Part shown: positions 39,329 through 49,551 of the stretch, piece after piece
Numbering within the stretch: the first letter of the stretch is position 1
Layout of the letters: the number at the start of each line of letters is the position of its first letter
Source: Thermodesulfobacteriota bacterium
Lineage (GTDB): Bacteria > Desulfobacterota > Desulfobulbia > Desulfobulbales > SURF-16
DNA length: 64,000 bases
Assembly: GCA_040755455.1 (NCBI GenBank)
Contig: JBFMAY010000001.1
Location: 64,001-128,000 of the forward strand
Direction: 5' to 3'
Notes under the pieces: generated by a model
Databases searched by the model: none
What the model was told of the DNA's origin: nothing
Seen by the model: the letters and a program-made list of their open reading frames with translations, nothing else
Position numbers and translations under genes: made by a program

Positions 39329-39685
39329 TTGAAACAGCTGGTATTATTAGAACTCATGAGAAAGTTGCAGGCCAATGATCAACTCAAGCGCAAGCTCAAA
39401 ATCTTTCTCGGCGTTGGCCTCGCCGGTTTCCTGCTGGTGGGCGCCCTCATCATTTGGGCAGGGTTTGCGACCATTCAGCATGTTGCGAGCCTTGGTGCAA
39501 ACGTCAATGTGCAGGAGCAGGTTCGGGATCTCAAAAAGGAGATGCCGAATATCCCGGCTCTTGCCAAGGTTGGTTGCTGGGATAAGGTGAAAAGCCTGCT
39601 CAATGTCGAGGCATGGCTTGAAAAACCTGTTGCCGAGAATTTGCAGAGTTTAAAGGACGCCTGCTTGGAAGACTCTACGAAATAA
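39329..39685 (+). CDS. Single-TM hypothetical protein
   Basis: AAGGAG before a TTG start; one TM segment and two Cys in the C-terminal part. Confidence 0.65.
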   Translation: MKQLVLLELMRKLQANDQLKRKLKIFLGVGLAGFLLVGALIIWAGFATIQHVASLGANVNVQEQVRDLKKEMPNIPALAKVGCWDKVKSLLNVEAWLEKPVAENLQSLKDACLEDSTK

Positions 39686-39728
39686 CCTCTTCATTTTTGA
39701 GCATTTCGTTAAGGTTCTTCGGTAAGAC

Positions 39729-39761
39729 GATAGGTCGGAGCGCGCAGCGGTCCGACCTATC
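39729..39761. repeat. REP-like hairpin between convergent genes
   Basis: GATAGGTCGGA-N11-TCCGACCTATC. Confidence 0.65.
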
Positions 39762-39825
39762 AGAACACTAGGCGGAACATGAGAAATAAAAGGGATTGCT
39801 ATCCAACTCAATACTTATGCATTCA

Positions 39826-41469
39826 TTATTTTAACAAGTTGTTCGTCCCACTCTTTAAAATTCCTGAGATTTTTGTTGAAAGATCGGCAATTCTGAAGGG
39901 TTTTTGCAGGAAGCCTTTACAGCCCCGGTTTAAGATTTTGGTCGCCAGACCATTTATACTGTATCCGCTCAAAAGAAGAACCCGGACAGCCGGATTGATT
40001 TCCTTCAATCTGTCGAAGGTCTCTCCACCACCCATATCCGGCATGATCATATCCAGCAGGATAATATCAATCCTGTCCTTATTTTTTTTATAGACATCTA
40101 TCGCCTCTTCCCCGCTGCGGGCGGTCATGACCTGATACCCTAAACGCTCCAGCACATCCATGCCGACCTCGATTATTATCGAGTCGTCATCAACAAGCAG
40201 CACTGTTCCCGAACCTTTCAACACCTCGTCAGGGTGGCTTGCCTCGTTGACAGGCTCCTTCGCCGATGCCGGCAGATAAATGTTGAATGTGGCGCCCTTG
40301 CCGACCTCACTTTCAACATAGATAGAACCGCCATGATTCTTGATGATGCCATAAACCGAGGCCAATCCCAATCCTGTTCCCCGCCCCATTTCCTTGGTGG
40401 TAAAGAACGGTTCAAATATCCTCTGCCGGGTGGCCTCATCCATGCCCACCCCGGTATCGGTTACCGAAATCTTGACATATTGCCCAGGTTGCAGAGAATA
40501 AGGCTTCTCACCATCGCCCGTGAAATTTTCCGTCCGGATGAAAATGTCTCCTCCACCAGGCATGGCCTGCCAGGCATTGATCAGAATATTCAACATCACC
40601 TGTTCAAGCTGGGATTGATCAACTTCAACAGTCCAGATGTTTTCTTGATATTCCGTATGTAATTTTATTTCCTTCTTTGTCCTGGCGAACATCTCCGTTG
40701 TATTCTTGAGCACTTTGTTGAGATCGGTGGGCTTGATCTCGAATTTGCCGCCACGGGCAAAACCCAGGAGTTGACTGGTGAGACTGGCGGCGCTTTTTAC
40801 GCATTCCTCGGTACTTTTTAATTTTTTATAATGGGGATGGAGGGTGTCCGTCTCCAGCAACATGAGCGTAACATTCCCCAACATGGCCATGAGCAGGTTG
40901 TTGAAGTCATGGGCAACCCCGCCGGCAAGGGTGCCGATGGCCTCCATCTTCTGGGCATGGTGCAGCTGAACTTCCAACTTCGCCCTATCCTCCTCCGCGC
41001 GCGTGCGTTCCTCGATTTCTCGCCGGAGCAGCTCGTTTGCCCGCTTCAGCTCATCCCGTGATTTTTTCAGCTCAAGCATCATCTTCCTCAGCTGCATGAT
41101 ATCCCGGAAAACATACATATAGCCGACAACGTCGTCGGTGCAATCGGTGAGAAGCGAAGCGTTGATCAGGATGTTGATTCTTGCACGGGTGACGGTGGTG
41201 ATGGTCGTCTCGACATTAAAGACGTTCTGTCTGGAATCAAGAGCTCTTTTGACCAGGCATTCCGTCTCGCAGATATCGGATTTCAGAATATCCTTGCAAT
41301 ACATGCCAAGGGCCTCTTTCGGCCTGAAACCGGTTAACCTGGCCGCAGCCAGATTGAAGTAGTTGACCCGCATCTGGCGGTCAGTGGTCACCACGGCATC
41401 CGGCAATGAGTGCAATATCTCGTAGGAGCTGACTTCCAAAGGCCATTTGGCAATACCGGTATCAGTCAA
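39826..41469 (-). CDS. Soluble PAS-HisKA-HATPase-REC hybrid histidine kinase (CckA-like)
   Basis: One [30 protein letters not shown]-terminal REC; TTG start after GGAGG overlapping the upstream gene end. Confidence 0.9.
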   Translation of the reverse strand: MTDTGIAKWPLEVSSYEILHSLPDAVVTTDRQMRVNYFNLAAARLTGFRPKEALGMYCKDILKSDICETECLVKRALDSRQNVFNVETTITTVTRARINILINASLLTDCTDDVVGYMYVFRDIMQLRKMMLELKKSRDELKRANELLRREIEERTRAEEDRAKLEVQLHHAQKMEAIGTLAGGVAHDFNNLLMAMLGNVTLMLLETDTLHPHYKKLKSTEECVKSAASLTSQLLGFARGGKFEIKPTDLNKVLKNTTEMFARTKKEIKLHTEYQENIWTVEVDQSQLEQVMLNILINAWQAMPGGGDIFIRTENFTGDGEKPYSLQPGQYVKISVTDTGVGMDEATRQRIFEPFFTTKEMGRGTGLGLASVYGIIKNHGGSIYVESEVGKGATFNIYLPASAKEPVNEASHPDEVLKGSGTVLLVDDDSIIIEVGMDVLERLGYQVMTARSGEEAIDVYKKNKDRIDIILLDMIMPDMGGGETFDRLKEINPAVRVLLLSGYSINGLATKILNRGCKGFLQKPFRIADLSTKISGILKSGTNNLLK

Positions 41470-42085
41470 GAGGGAGGCCTCCCTTCCGCAGATGGCGCTG
41501 TGCGATAAACCTGCAGGTATCGTGACCCATGGCACGGCACACCATCTCCTGCGACCTAAAGGTTCCCATGCCTTTGGGATAGCGCGGTCCGTAAACAAGG
41601 TCCATATAGGAGGCGGTGCAGGCATTGAACATATAACATCGGGCTCGCCGCTGGGGGCCGTATTCTTCCAGGTAACGGCCGGCGTCATAGGCATTCTGCA
41701 CGGTCGTCACCAGTTTTTCCCCTGGCACCAGTTCCTCAATCTCAATAAAACCGATACCGAAGATATTCGTAAAAGCAACCAGGGCATGCACTTCGTCCTC
41801 GGTTGTACGGATCATTGGCAGAACATGCTCACGCCAATGCATGGACGTCCTGGCTCCGTGAAATGTATGATAGCCGCATTCAAGAACCGCTTCATAGAGG
41901 CTCCGTTCCATGACCTGGGCTTCCGTGTCGTCCATCTTCCCGGAAATCCGGGAAACCAGCTTGAAATAGAATTCATTGTAATGCATGAGGGCATAGACGC
42001 CGAAGGCAGCCATAATGCCTCGTTCATTACTGGTGATCGGCAGCCTTGAAGCAACTTCGATAATTTTTTTGCTGTCAATGGCCAT
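41462..42085 (-). CDS. Stand-alone V4R-domain protein B
   Basis: FGIGFIEI, RCYMF, QEMVCRAMGHDTCRF (C..E..C..C pattern). Confidence 0.8.
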   Translation of the reverse strand: MAIDSKKIIEVASRLPITSNERGIMAAFGVYALMHYNEFYFKLVSRISGKMDDTEAQVMERSLYEAVLECGYHTFHGARTSMHWREHVLPMIRTTEDEVHALVAFTNIFGIGFIEIEELVPGEKLVTTVQNAYDAGRYLEEYGPQRRARCYMFNACTASYMDLVYGPRYPKGMGTFRSQEMVCRAMGHDTCRFIAQRHLRKGGLPLD

Positions 42086-42086
42086 T

Positions 42087-42605
42087 TTATCTCCTGCGAA
42101 CTGAAAATGTGCAGCATTCCCCGCCTGAAACCAGGCAATCCGTTTCCTGCACCTCATAGGCGTCGGGCAAGGCATTGAAAACCGCGGCAAGTATTCCCGC
42201 GATAAATCCGCATGTTACATAGCAGACCGGGTCTGGTCGGCGACCGTACTTTGCCAGCCAGCCGACAACGAAATAGGAAGAATCCGAGGAGGCGGTCCCG
42301 CCGTTTTCATTCAGCTGACTCAGTTCAATCCTGCCGAAACCCATGACGCGATACAGTTCGGCTGCCTTCTGTAGGGCATCAGCCACGGTGCAATCCTGCA
42401 ACTGATCGGAAAGATAGTTCCTGAAGTTGTTGTAAAATTCTTCAGCCGCCGTCCTGATTAAGATGTCGTGCGCGTCTATCCGGGGAAAGTTTTCAATCAC
42501 CTGCAGGAGTCCGCAGTTGTAATGGTGGCAGTGGAGAGAAACAGGCACCCCGTTCAGGGTCATGATGTTATGCGCCGGGTCGAATTTGGTGGTAAAGGTC
42601 ATCAT
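42087..42605 (-). CDS. Stand-alone V4R-domain protein A
   Basis: HCHHYN, MGFGRIE, PVCYVTCGFIAG, QETDCLVSGGECCTF. Confidence 0.82.
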   Translation of the reverse strand: MMTFTTKFDPAHNIMTLNGVPVSLHCHHYNCGLLQVIENFPRIDAHDILIRTAAEEFYNNFRNYLSDQLQDCTVADALQKAAELYRVMGFGRIELSQLNENGGTASSDSSYFVVGWLAKYGRRPDPVCYVTCGFIAGILAAVFNALPDAYEVQETDCLVSGGECCTFSVRRR

Positions 42606-42885
42606 GCAAGCCCTTGAGCAGAGATGGAGACTGAAAGGTATAATTATTTTATAATGAACTCGTGGTAAATCTGCAGTAAAAAAAATCAAATAAAATCAAT
42701 CGAACGATAATTCGCGGTCTGCAGGCAAGCTGGCACCATTCAGCACAAAGAAACCGGAGAATAAAAATAGATACGCAACTCCAAGACAGAAAGCGGGGGC
42801 AGGGGCAATCTTTTCCCAGATAACTTTTTTCCGGTCAACCAATTGTCATTGTCAAAGTTAAACATTTGTTTTAAATTTCTGTTTC

Positions 42886-43572
42886 ATGAATGCAACCGGC
42901 AATGAAAAAAAGGGGGAACGCCCGCCGAAACGGATTGCCACCAGGGACAGGCTGCTCCGGGCCGGAGGCGAAATTTTTGCCCGCTACGGCTTCCGGGGGG
43001 CCACGGTGCGCAGAATCGCCCGGCGGGCCCACGCCAATGTGGCCTCGGTCAGTTACTATTTCGGCGATAAAAAGGGGCTCTATGCCGCTGTCCTGCAATA
43101 CACCTTCAGCTCGGCCAAGGAGAAATATCCGCCGGACCTCGGCCTGCAGCAGGGAGCCGGAGGGCCGGCGCGTCTCCATGCCTTTATCCGTTCCTTTCTG
43201 CTGCGCATTCTTGACGATGGCCGGCCGACCTGGCACGGCAAGCTGATGGTGCAGGAGATGGCCGATCCCACCCCGGCGCTGGACCATATCGTGGAAGTGG
43301 CGATCAGGCCTCTTTACCAGCAGCTGGCCCTTATTGTCCGCGAGCTTGCCGGAATCGGTGCCGCTGAGCAGTCGGTGCATCTCTGCTGCCTGAGCATCAT
43401 GGGCCAGTGCGTGTTTTATCTTCATGCCCGGCCCGTGGTTACCCGGCTGCAGAAGCGGGAACCCGGAGCGGCGGATGTGGAGCAGCTGGCGGAGCATATC
43501 TCCCGCTTTTCCCTGCTCGCCGTTGCCGGCATGGCGGACGGCGGAGCGGCTGATGCCGGCCGCAACGGTTAA
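42886..43572 (+). CDS. TetR-family regulator (CecR/CerR-like)
   Basis: TRDRLL..GGEIFARYGF..ATVRRIA..SYYFGDKKGLY. Confidence 0.9.
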   Translation: MNATGNEKKGERPPKRIATRDRLLRAGGEIFARYGFRGATVRRIARRAHANVASVSYYFGDKKGLYAAVLQYTFSSAKEKYPPDLGLQQGAGGPARLHAFIRSFLLRILDDGRPTWHGKLMVQEMADPTPALDHIVEVAIRPLYQQLALIVRELAGIGAAEQSVHLCCLSIMGQCVFYLHARPVVTRLQKREPGAADVEQLAEHISRFSLLAVAGMADGGAADAGRNG

Positions 43573-45067
43573 CCGCATGAAATTCTTTGTCAACCGACAT
43601 ATTTTTTGCAGCGTGATCGTGTTGGCCGCGTTGCTATCGGCCTGCACGGTCGGGCCGGATTATCATCCCCCGCAGCTGGAGATGCCCGAGCGCTGGAGCG
43701 GTGAGGCCCGGGGCGTGGTCGCCTCTGATACTATGGCCGCTGCCAGCTGGTGGACCCTGTTCTGCGATCCGCAGCTCGATGGCCTGATCGACCGGGCCGT
43801 GGTGGCCAACAAGGACCTGGGGATTGCCGCTGCCCGCATTTTGGAGGCCAGGGCCCGGCGCGGCCTTGTTGCCGCGGATGCCTTGCCTGCCGTGGATGTT
43901 TCCGGTGCCTATGCCCGCAGCCGGCGCAGTGAAAACAGCTCATCCGGGACAGACAGCGTCGGGCCGCAGGACCTTTTCCAGGCCGGATTTGACGCCGGCT
44001 GGGAGATCGATATTTTCGGCGGTGTGCGGCGGGCAGTCGAGGCTGCTGATGCCGGCATCGCCGCGGAACAGGAAAACCGCCGGGATCTGTTGGTCACCTT
44101 GCTTGCGGAAGTCGCGCGAAACTATCTGGAACTGCGCGGCAGCCAGCGCCGCATTGTTACGGCCCGGGAAAATCTCGAGGCCCAGCGGCAAACCCTGGCC
44201 CTGACCAGGGGCCGCTTTGCCGTGGGGTTGAGCAGCAAGCTCGATGTGGCCCAGGCAGAGGCCCAGCTTGCCGTCACCGAGGCCCTGATCCCCGGCCTCG
44301 AGACGACTGCCAGACAGGCGGTCCATCGTCTCGGCGTCCTCGCCGGAGTAACGCCTGGCGCGCTGCTTGCGGAACTCAGCGGGGACGGCGTTGTTTTCTG
44401 TCAGCCCGCCGAGGTCCCCATTGACCTGCCCTCCGAGCTTCTCCGGCGGCGGCCGGATATCCGCCGGGCCGAGCGGGAACTGGCTGCCGCCACCGCCCTG
44501 GTCGGTGTTGCCGAGGCCGAGCTTTTTCCCAAATTTTCCCTTACCGGCCTCCTTGGTCTGCAAAGCACCAATCTCTCCGATCTCGCCACCAGAGGCAGTC
44601 GCTATTGGAGTATTGGGCCGTCCCTAAACTGGCCGATTTTTGATGCCGGCCGTATCCGGGCGGGCATCGCCGTGGAGAATGCCCGGCAGGAGCAGGCGCT
44701 GCTGTCCTATGACCAAACGGTGCTTGCCGCCCTTGAAGAGGTGGAGAACGCGCTGGTCGCCTATGATCGGGAACAGACGACCCGGCGTGCCCTGGAACAG
44801 GCGGTGGACGCCAACCAGCGCGCCGTGGCCATGGCCGATGAGCTGTACCGCACCGGGCTGGTGGATTTCCTCAATGTCCTGCAGAGCCAAAGGGCGCTCT
44901 TTCTTTCCCAGGATCAGCTCCTTTTGAGCGAGCAGCGGGGCTATGTTAATCTGGTCATTCTGTTCAAGGCCCTTGGCGGCGGATGGCAGCTGGCGGAGCT
45001 TGACCACGGCGGGCAGGACGTTGATGTCCGGCAAGGTGGAGCGAGGAGCACCGATGATGTCAGATAG
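43553..45067 (+). CDS. RND outer-membrane lipoprotein (NodT/OprM family)
   Basis: Lipobox LSAC-TVGPDY, WEIDIFG, LLRRRPDI, LFKALGGGW; start may be 43577. Confidence 0.93.
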   Translation: MPAATVNRMKFFVNRHIFCSVIVLAALLSACTVGPDYHPPQLEMPERWSGEARGVVASDTMAAASWWTLFCDPQLDGLIDRAVVANKDLGIAAARILEARARRGLVAADALPAVDVSGAYARSRRSENSSSGTDSVGPQDLFQAGFDAGWEIDIFGGVRRAVEAADAGIAAEQENRRDLLVTLLAEVARNYLELRGSQRRIVTARENLEAQRQTLALTRGRFAVGLSSKLDVAQAEAQLAVTEALIPGLETTARQAVHRLGVLAGVTPGALLAELSGDGVVFCQPAEVPIDLPSELLRRRPDIRRAERELAAATALVGVAEAELFPKFSLTGLLGLQSTNLSDLATRGSRYWSIGPSLNWPIFDAGRIRAGIAVENARQEQALLSYDQTVLAALEEVENALVAYDREQTTRRALEQAVDANQRAVAMADELYRTGLVDFLNVLQSQRALFLSQDQLLLSEQRGYVNLVILFKALGGGWQLAELDHGGQDVDVRQGGARSTDDVR

Positions 45068-45124
45068 AAAACAGGTGAGCGGCTGGCGAACGGCCGACTC
45101 GAAAGCCTTTTTGAGGATTATGTA

Positions 45125-46294
45125 ATGAGAGTAGGGCATGTGATCACGAACTGGAGCGGAATAGCCTGGGCAATGCTGGCCGTCATCCTGTTTCTGCTGG
45201 CCGGCTGTTCCGGCGGCGGCAAAGAGAAGACCAAGGCGGCAGAGCAGCAGAAAAAGCCCGCTGTCCCGGTAACCGTCGCCGTTGTCAGTCGCAAGACCAT
45301 GCCGGTGGAGCTTGCGGCCATCGGCAACGTGGAGGCCTTTGCCACCGTGGCCATCAAGTCGCAGATCACCGGGGAGGTGCAGACCGTGCATTTTCAGGAG
45401 GGGCAGGAGGTGAAAAAGGGCGACCTGCTCTTCACCATCGATCCCCGGCCCTATGAGGCCAAACTCGCCGAGGCCCAGGCCAATCTGGCCAAGGGCCTTG
45501 CCGAGCTGGAAAATGCCCGCAAACAGGTGGACCGTTACGGCGCCGTGGCGCAGAAGGGGTATGTGTCCGAAGAGCAGTACGACCAGGTGCGGACCAGCGC
45601 CGCCACCCTGGAGGCCGCCATCCTGGCCGATAGGGCGGCGGTGGAAAGCGCCAGGCTCGATCTCGCCTATTGCACCATCCGTTCCCCCCTTGCCGGTTTT
45701 GTCGGCGATCTCAAGGCGGACCGGGGCAACCTGATCAAGGCCAATGCCGACACCCACATGGTGACCATCAACCAGGTGCGCCCCGTTAATGTCTCCTTTG
45801 CCCTGCCGGAACGGAACCTGCCGGAGGTGAAGCGGTATATGCATGGCCGGTCCCTGCGGGTCAAGGCGGCCATCCCCGGAGAAGAGGGCGAACCCCTGGC
45901 CGGTACACTCACCTTTGTCGACAACACCGTTGATCCGGCCACCGGCACCATCCTGCTCAAGGCGGCCTTCGCCAATGAAGACGGCCGGCTCTGGCCCGGT
46001 CAGTTCGTCAATGTCGTGCTGGAACTCACCAGCCAGCCGGACGTGGTTGTCGTCCCCGGCCAGGCGGTGCAGACCGGCCAGCAAGGCCAATACGTTTACC
46101 TGGTCAAGGAGGACCTGACGGTGGAATACCGTGGCGTGGTCACCGGCCTCACCGCTGATGACGAAGTGGTGATTGGCCAGGGGCTGCAAGCCGGCGACAA
46201 GGTGGTGACCGATGGCCAGCTGCGTCTTGCGCCCGGGGCTCCGGTGAAAATTGTCGACAGCAACAGGCCGGAGTCCGGCAGGGAGAGCCAGTGA
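45125..46294 (+). CDS. RND periplasmic adaptor (MdtA-like)
   Basis: GQEVKKGDLLFTIDPRPY, DNTVDPATGT, LWPGQFV. Confidence 0.93.
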   Translation: MRVGHVITNWSGIAWAMLAVILFLLAGCSGGGKEKTKAAEQQKKPAVPVTVAVVSRKTMPVELAAIGNVEAFATVAIKSQITGEVQTVHFQEGQEVKKGDLLFTIDPRPYEAKLAEAQANLAKGLAELENARKQVDRYGAVAQKGYVSEEQYDQVRTSAATLEAAILADRAAVESARLDLAYCTIRSPLAGFVGDLKADRGNLIKANADTHMVTINQVRPVNVSFALPERNLPEVKRYMHGRSLRVKAAIPGEEGEPLAGTLTFVDNTVDPATGTILLKAAFANEDGRLWPGQFVNVVLELTSQPDVVVVPGQAVQTGQQGQYVYLVKEDLTVEYRGVVTGLTADDEVVIGQGLQAGDKVVTDGQLRLAPGAPVKIVDSNRPESGRESQ

Positions 46295-49200
46295 GCATTG
46301 CCGAGCTTTTCATCCGCCGGCCGGTGATGACCACCCTGGTCATGCTCGGCATCCTGATCTCCGGCATCATGAGTTACGGCCTGCTGCCGGTAAGCGAGCT
46401 GCCCAGTGTGGATTTCCCCACCATTCAGGTCACGGCCGGGCTGCCGGGCGCCAGTCCTGAAACCATGGCCTCTTCGGTGGCCACGCCCCTGGAGCGGCAG
46501 TTCTCCACCATTGCCGGGGTTGACTCCATGACCTCCACCAGCGGGCAGGGGGTCACCAATGTCACCCTGCAGTTCGCCCTTGACCGAGATCTCGACGGCG
46601 CGGCCCTGGACGTGCAGACCGCCATTTCCAAGGCGTTGAAGCTGCTGCCGGCGGAGATGCCGAGCCCGCCCTCCTATTCCAAGGTGAATCCCGCCGACCA
46701 GCCGATTCTCTATGTGGCGCTGAGTTCGGACATCCTGCCGCTGTCCACCGTGGACGAATACGCGGAAACCTTGATGGCGCAACGCATCTCCATGGTCAGC
46801 GGGGTGGCCCAGGTCCAGGTCTACGGCGCCCAGAAGTATGCCGTGCGCGTGCAGGTGAATCCCCAGGCCCTTTCCTCCATGGGCATTTCCCTGGATGAGG
46901 TGGCCACCTCCATCCAGAAGAGCAACGTCAACCTGCCCACCGGCACCCTGTACGGCCGGCATCAGGCCTTTACCGTGCAGGCCACCGGCCAGCTCGGCAG
47001 CGCCGACGTCTACCGGCCCCTGATTGTGGCCTACCGCAACGGCTCCCCCGTCCGGCTTGAACAGCTCGGCCGCATCGTCGACAGCGTGGAGAACGACAAG
47101 GCGGCCAGCTGGCTCAACCGCACCCGGGCCATTGTCCTTGCCATCCAGCGGCAGCCGGGCACCAATACCGTGGAGGTGGTGGACGCCATCCGAGAGCTGC
47201 TGCCCTCGTTCCGCGACCGCATCCCAGCCGCAGTCAACCTCACCATCCTCTATGACCGCTCGGAATCCATCCGCGATTCGGTGAACGATGTCAAGTTCAC
47301 CCTCTATCTGGCCATTTGCCTGGTGGTCATGGTGATCTTTCTTTTTCTGCGCAATCTCTCGGCCACCGTCATCTCAAGTCTCGCCCTGCCGCTGTCCATC
47401 ATCGGCACCTTTGCGGTCATGCAGCGCCTGGGCTACAGTATCGACAACATCTCGCTGATGGCCATCACCCTGTCAGTGGGCTTTGTGGTGGATGACGCCA
47501 TCGTCATGCTGGAAAATATCGTGCGTCATATGGAAATGGGCAAGGGCAGGGTACAGGCCGCCATGGACGGGGCCAGGGAGATCGGCTTCACCATCGTCTC
47601 CATGACCCTCTCGCTGATCGCGGTGTTCATTCCGCTGCTTTTCATGGGCGGTATCATGGGTCGGCTGCTGCATGAATTTGCAGTGACCATCACCGCGGCG
47701 GTGCTTATTTCCGGCTTTGTTTCCCTTTCGCTGACCCCGATGCTGTGCAGCCGTTTCATGAAGCCGCCGGGTACTGCGCAACACGGCAGGCTTTATGCCG
47801 TGTCCGAGCGTTTTTTCGACGGCATGCGGCACGGCTATGAACGAAGTCTGCAGCTGGTGCTGCGCCATCGGCTGGGCACGCTGATTTTTTCCATCCTGCT
47901 GGTTGCGGTCAGCGCCCATCTTTTTGCGATCATTCCCAAGGAGTTCATCCCCAGCCAGGATACGAACCGCATCGCCGGCTTTACCGAAGCCGCCCAGGGC
48001 ATCTCCTATCAGTCCATGGTGGAACACCAGCAGGCGGTAGCCGAGGTCATCAGCCGGGAGCCTGCCGTCGCCAACTTCATGTCCGCGGTGGGCGCCAGAA
48101 GTTCGAGCCCCACCGGCAACTCCGGCCGGTTTTTTCTGTCACTCAAACCCCGCTCCGAAAGGGAGGCGAATGTTGATCAGATCATCCAGGATCTGCGTCA
48201 GAAACTCGCTGCCGTACCCGGCATCAAGGTGTTCATGCAGAACCCGCCGCTCATCAGGATCGGCGGCCGGCTGACCAAGGGCCTCTACCAGTACACCCTG
48301 CAGGCCACGGACATGCATGAGCTGCAGCAGTGGGCGCCGCAGGTTGAGAAGGCGTTGCGGGATCTGCCCGAACTGCAGGACGTGAGCAGCGATCTGGAAA
48401 TCACCAACCCCCAGGTGGTGGTGAATATTGACCGGAACAAAGCTCAGAGCCTGGGCATCACGCCGGAGCAGATCGAAAGCACCCTGTACGATGCCTACGG
48501 CTCCCGGCAGGTGTCAACGATTTATACCTCGGCCAATCAGTATCAGGTCATTCTGGAGGTGCAGCCGCAGTATCAGCAGTCCCCCGCCGCCCTCTCGCTC
48601 CTCTATCTCCGCTCAAGCTCGGGCAAGCTGGTGCCGCTGGACAGTGTGGCAACCCTCTCCCGGAATCTCGGGCCCCTGACCATTAACCATACCGGTCAGC
48701 TTCCCTCGGTGACCCTGTCCTTCAACCTCAAGCCGGGGGTGGCCCTGGGCGATGCGGTGGACAGGATTCGCAAGGCCGTGCAGGAAGTGCGGCTGCCCGC
48801 CACGATCACCACCAGCTTCCAGGGCACGGCCCAGGAATTCGAGGCGTCAAAAAAGGGCATGTGGCTGCTGCTCACCATGGCTATCCTGGTCATTTACATC
48901 GTGCTGGGCATCCTGTATGAGAGCTTTATCCACCCGCTGACCATTCTCTCAGGCCTCCCCTCCGCCGGGGTGGGGGCGCTGCTGACCCTGCTGCTCTTTG
49001 ACACCAGCTTAAGCATCTACGCCTTCGTGGGGGTTATCTTGCTGATCGGCATTGTCAAGAAGAACGCCATCATGATGATCGACTTCGCCCTGATGGTGCA
49101 GCGCCGGGATGGGAAAACTCCGGCCGCGGCCATTTACGAAGGCTGTATCCTGCGTTTCCGGCCGATCATGATGACCACCATGGCGGCCCTGATGGGCTCC

Positions 49201-49410
49201 CTGCCCATCGCCCTGGGCTGGGGCGCCGGGGCCGAGGCCCGCCGTCCCCTGGGGCTGGCGGTGGTGGGCGGTCTGCTTCTTTCCCAGTTTCTGACCCTCT
49301 ACATCACTCCGGTGATCTACATTTATCTGGAATCGTTCGTCTCAACCATGAAAAGGCTGTTTAAGGGGCGGCGGCAGCCCGCTGATGCGGCAGGCACTTT
49401 CCCGCTGTAA
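46291..49410 (+). CDS. RND efflux permease (MdtB/MdtC-like)
   Basis: FIRRPVMTTL, GFVVDDAIV, GIVKKNAIMMIDFA, RFRPIMMTT. Confidence 0.95.
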   Translation: MSIAELFIRRPVMTTLVMLGILISGIMSYGLLPVSELPSVDFPTIQVTAGLPGASPETMASSVATPLERQFSTIAGVDSMTSTSGQGVTNVTLQFALDRDLDGAALDVQTAISKALKLLPAEMPSPPSYSKVNPADQPILYVALSSDILPLSTVDEYAETLMAQRISMVSGVAQVQVYGAQKYAVRVQVNPQALSSMGISLDEVATSIQKSNVNLPTGTLYGRHQAFTVQATGQLGSADVYRPLIVAYRNGSPVRLEQLGRIVDSVENDKAASWLNRTRAIVLAIQRQPGTNTVEVVDAIRELLPSFRDRIPAAVNLTILYDRSESIRDSVNDVKFTLYLAICLVVMVIFLFLRNLSATVISSLALPLSIIGTFAVMQRLGYSIDNISLMAITLSVGFVVDDAIVMLENIVRHMEMGKGRVQAAMDGAREIGFTIVSMTLSLIAVFIPLLFMGGIMGRLLHEFAVTITAAVLISGFVSLSLTPMLCSRFMKPPGTAQHGRLYAVSERFFDGMRHGYERSLQLVLRHRLGTLIFSILLVAVSAHLFAIIPKEFIPSQDTNRIAGFTEAAQGISYQSMVEHQQAVAEVISREPAVANFMSAVGARSSSPTGNSGRFFLSLKPRSEREANVDQIIQDLRQKLAAVPGIKVFMQNPPLIRIGGRLTKGLYQYTLQATDMHELQQWAPQVEKALRDLPELQDVSSDLEITNPQVVVNIDRNKAQSLGITPEQIESTLYDAYGSRQVSTIYTSANQYQVILEVQPQYQQSPAALSLLYLRSSSGKLVPLDSVATLSRNLGPLTINHTGQLPSVTLSFNLKPGVALGDAVDRIRKAVQEVRLPATITTSFQGTAQEFEASKKGMWLLLTMAILVIYIVLGILYESFIHPLTILSGLPSAGVGALLTLLLFDTSLSIYAFVGVILLIGIVKKNAIMMIDFALMVQRRDGKTPAAAIYEGCILRFRPIMMTTMAALMGSLPIALGWGAGAEARRPLGLAVVGGLLLSQFLTLYITPVIYIYLESFVSTMKRLFKGRRQPADAAGTFPL

Positions 49411-49551
49411 CGCGGGCGCGACAACTCCTGTTCTTCGCCGTTTTTTCATCACGCGGCAGAACCTGCTACGAAATGATTTCTTTTGCGATGAGGGTGGAAG
49501 CTGATTACCATTAAGGAACGCCTTTTGCCGATCGGACTGGAAAGGGGTAAT

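Noticed and set aside
41470..41694. N-terminal extension of the hybrid kinase
   Set aside because: It overlaps V4R-B in another frame; the TTG at 41469 has a GGAGG upstream
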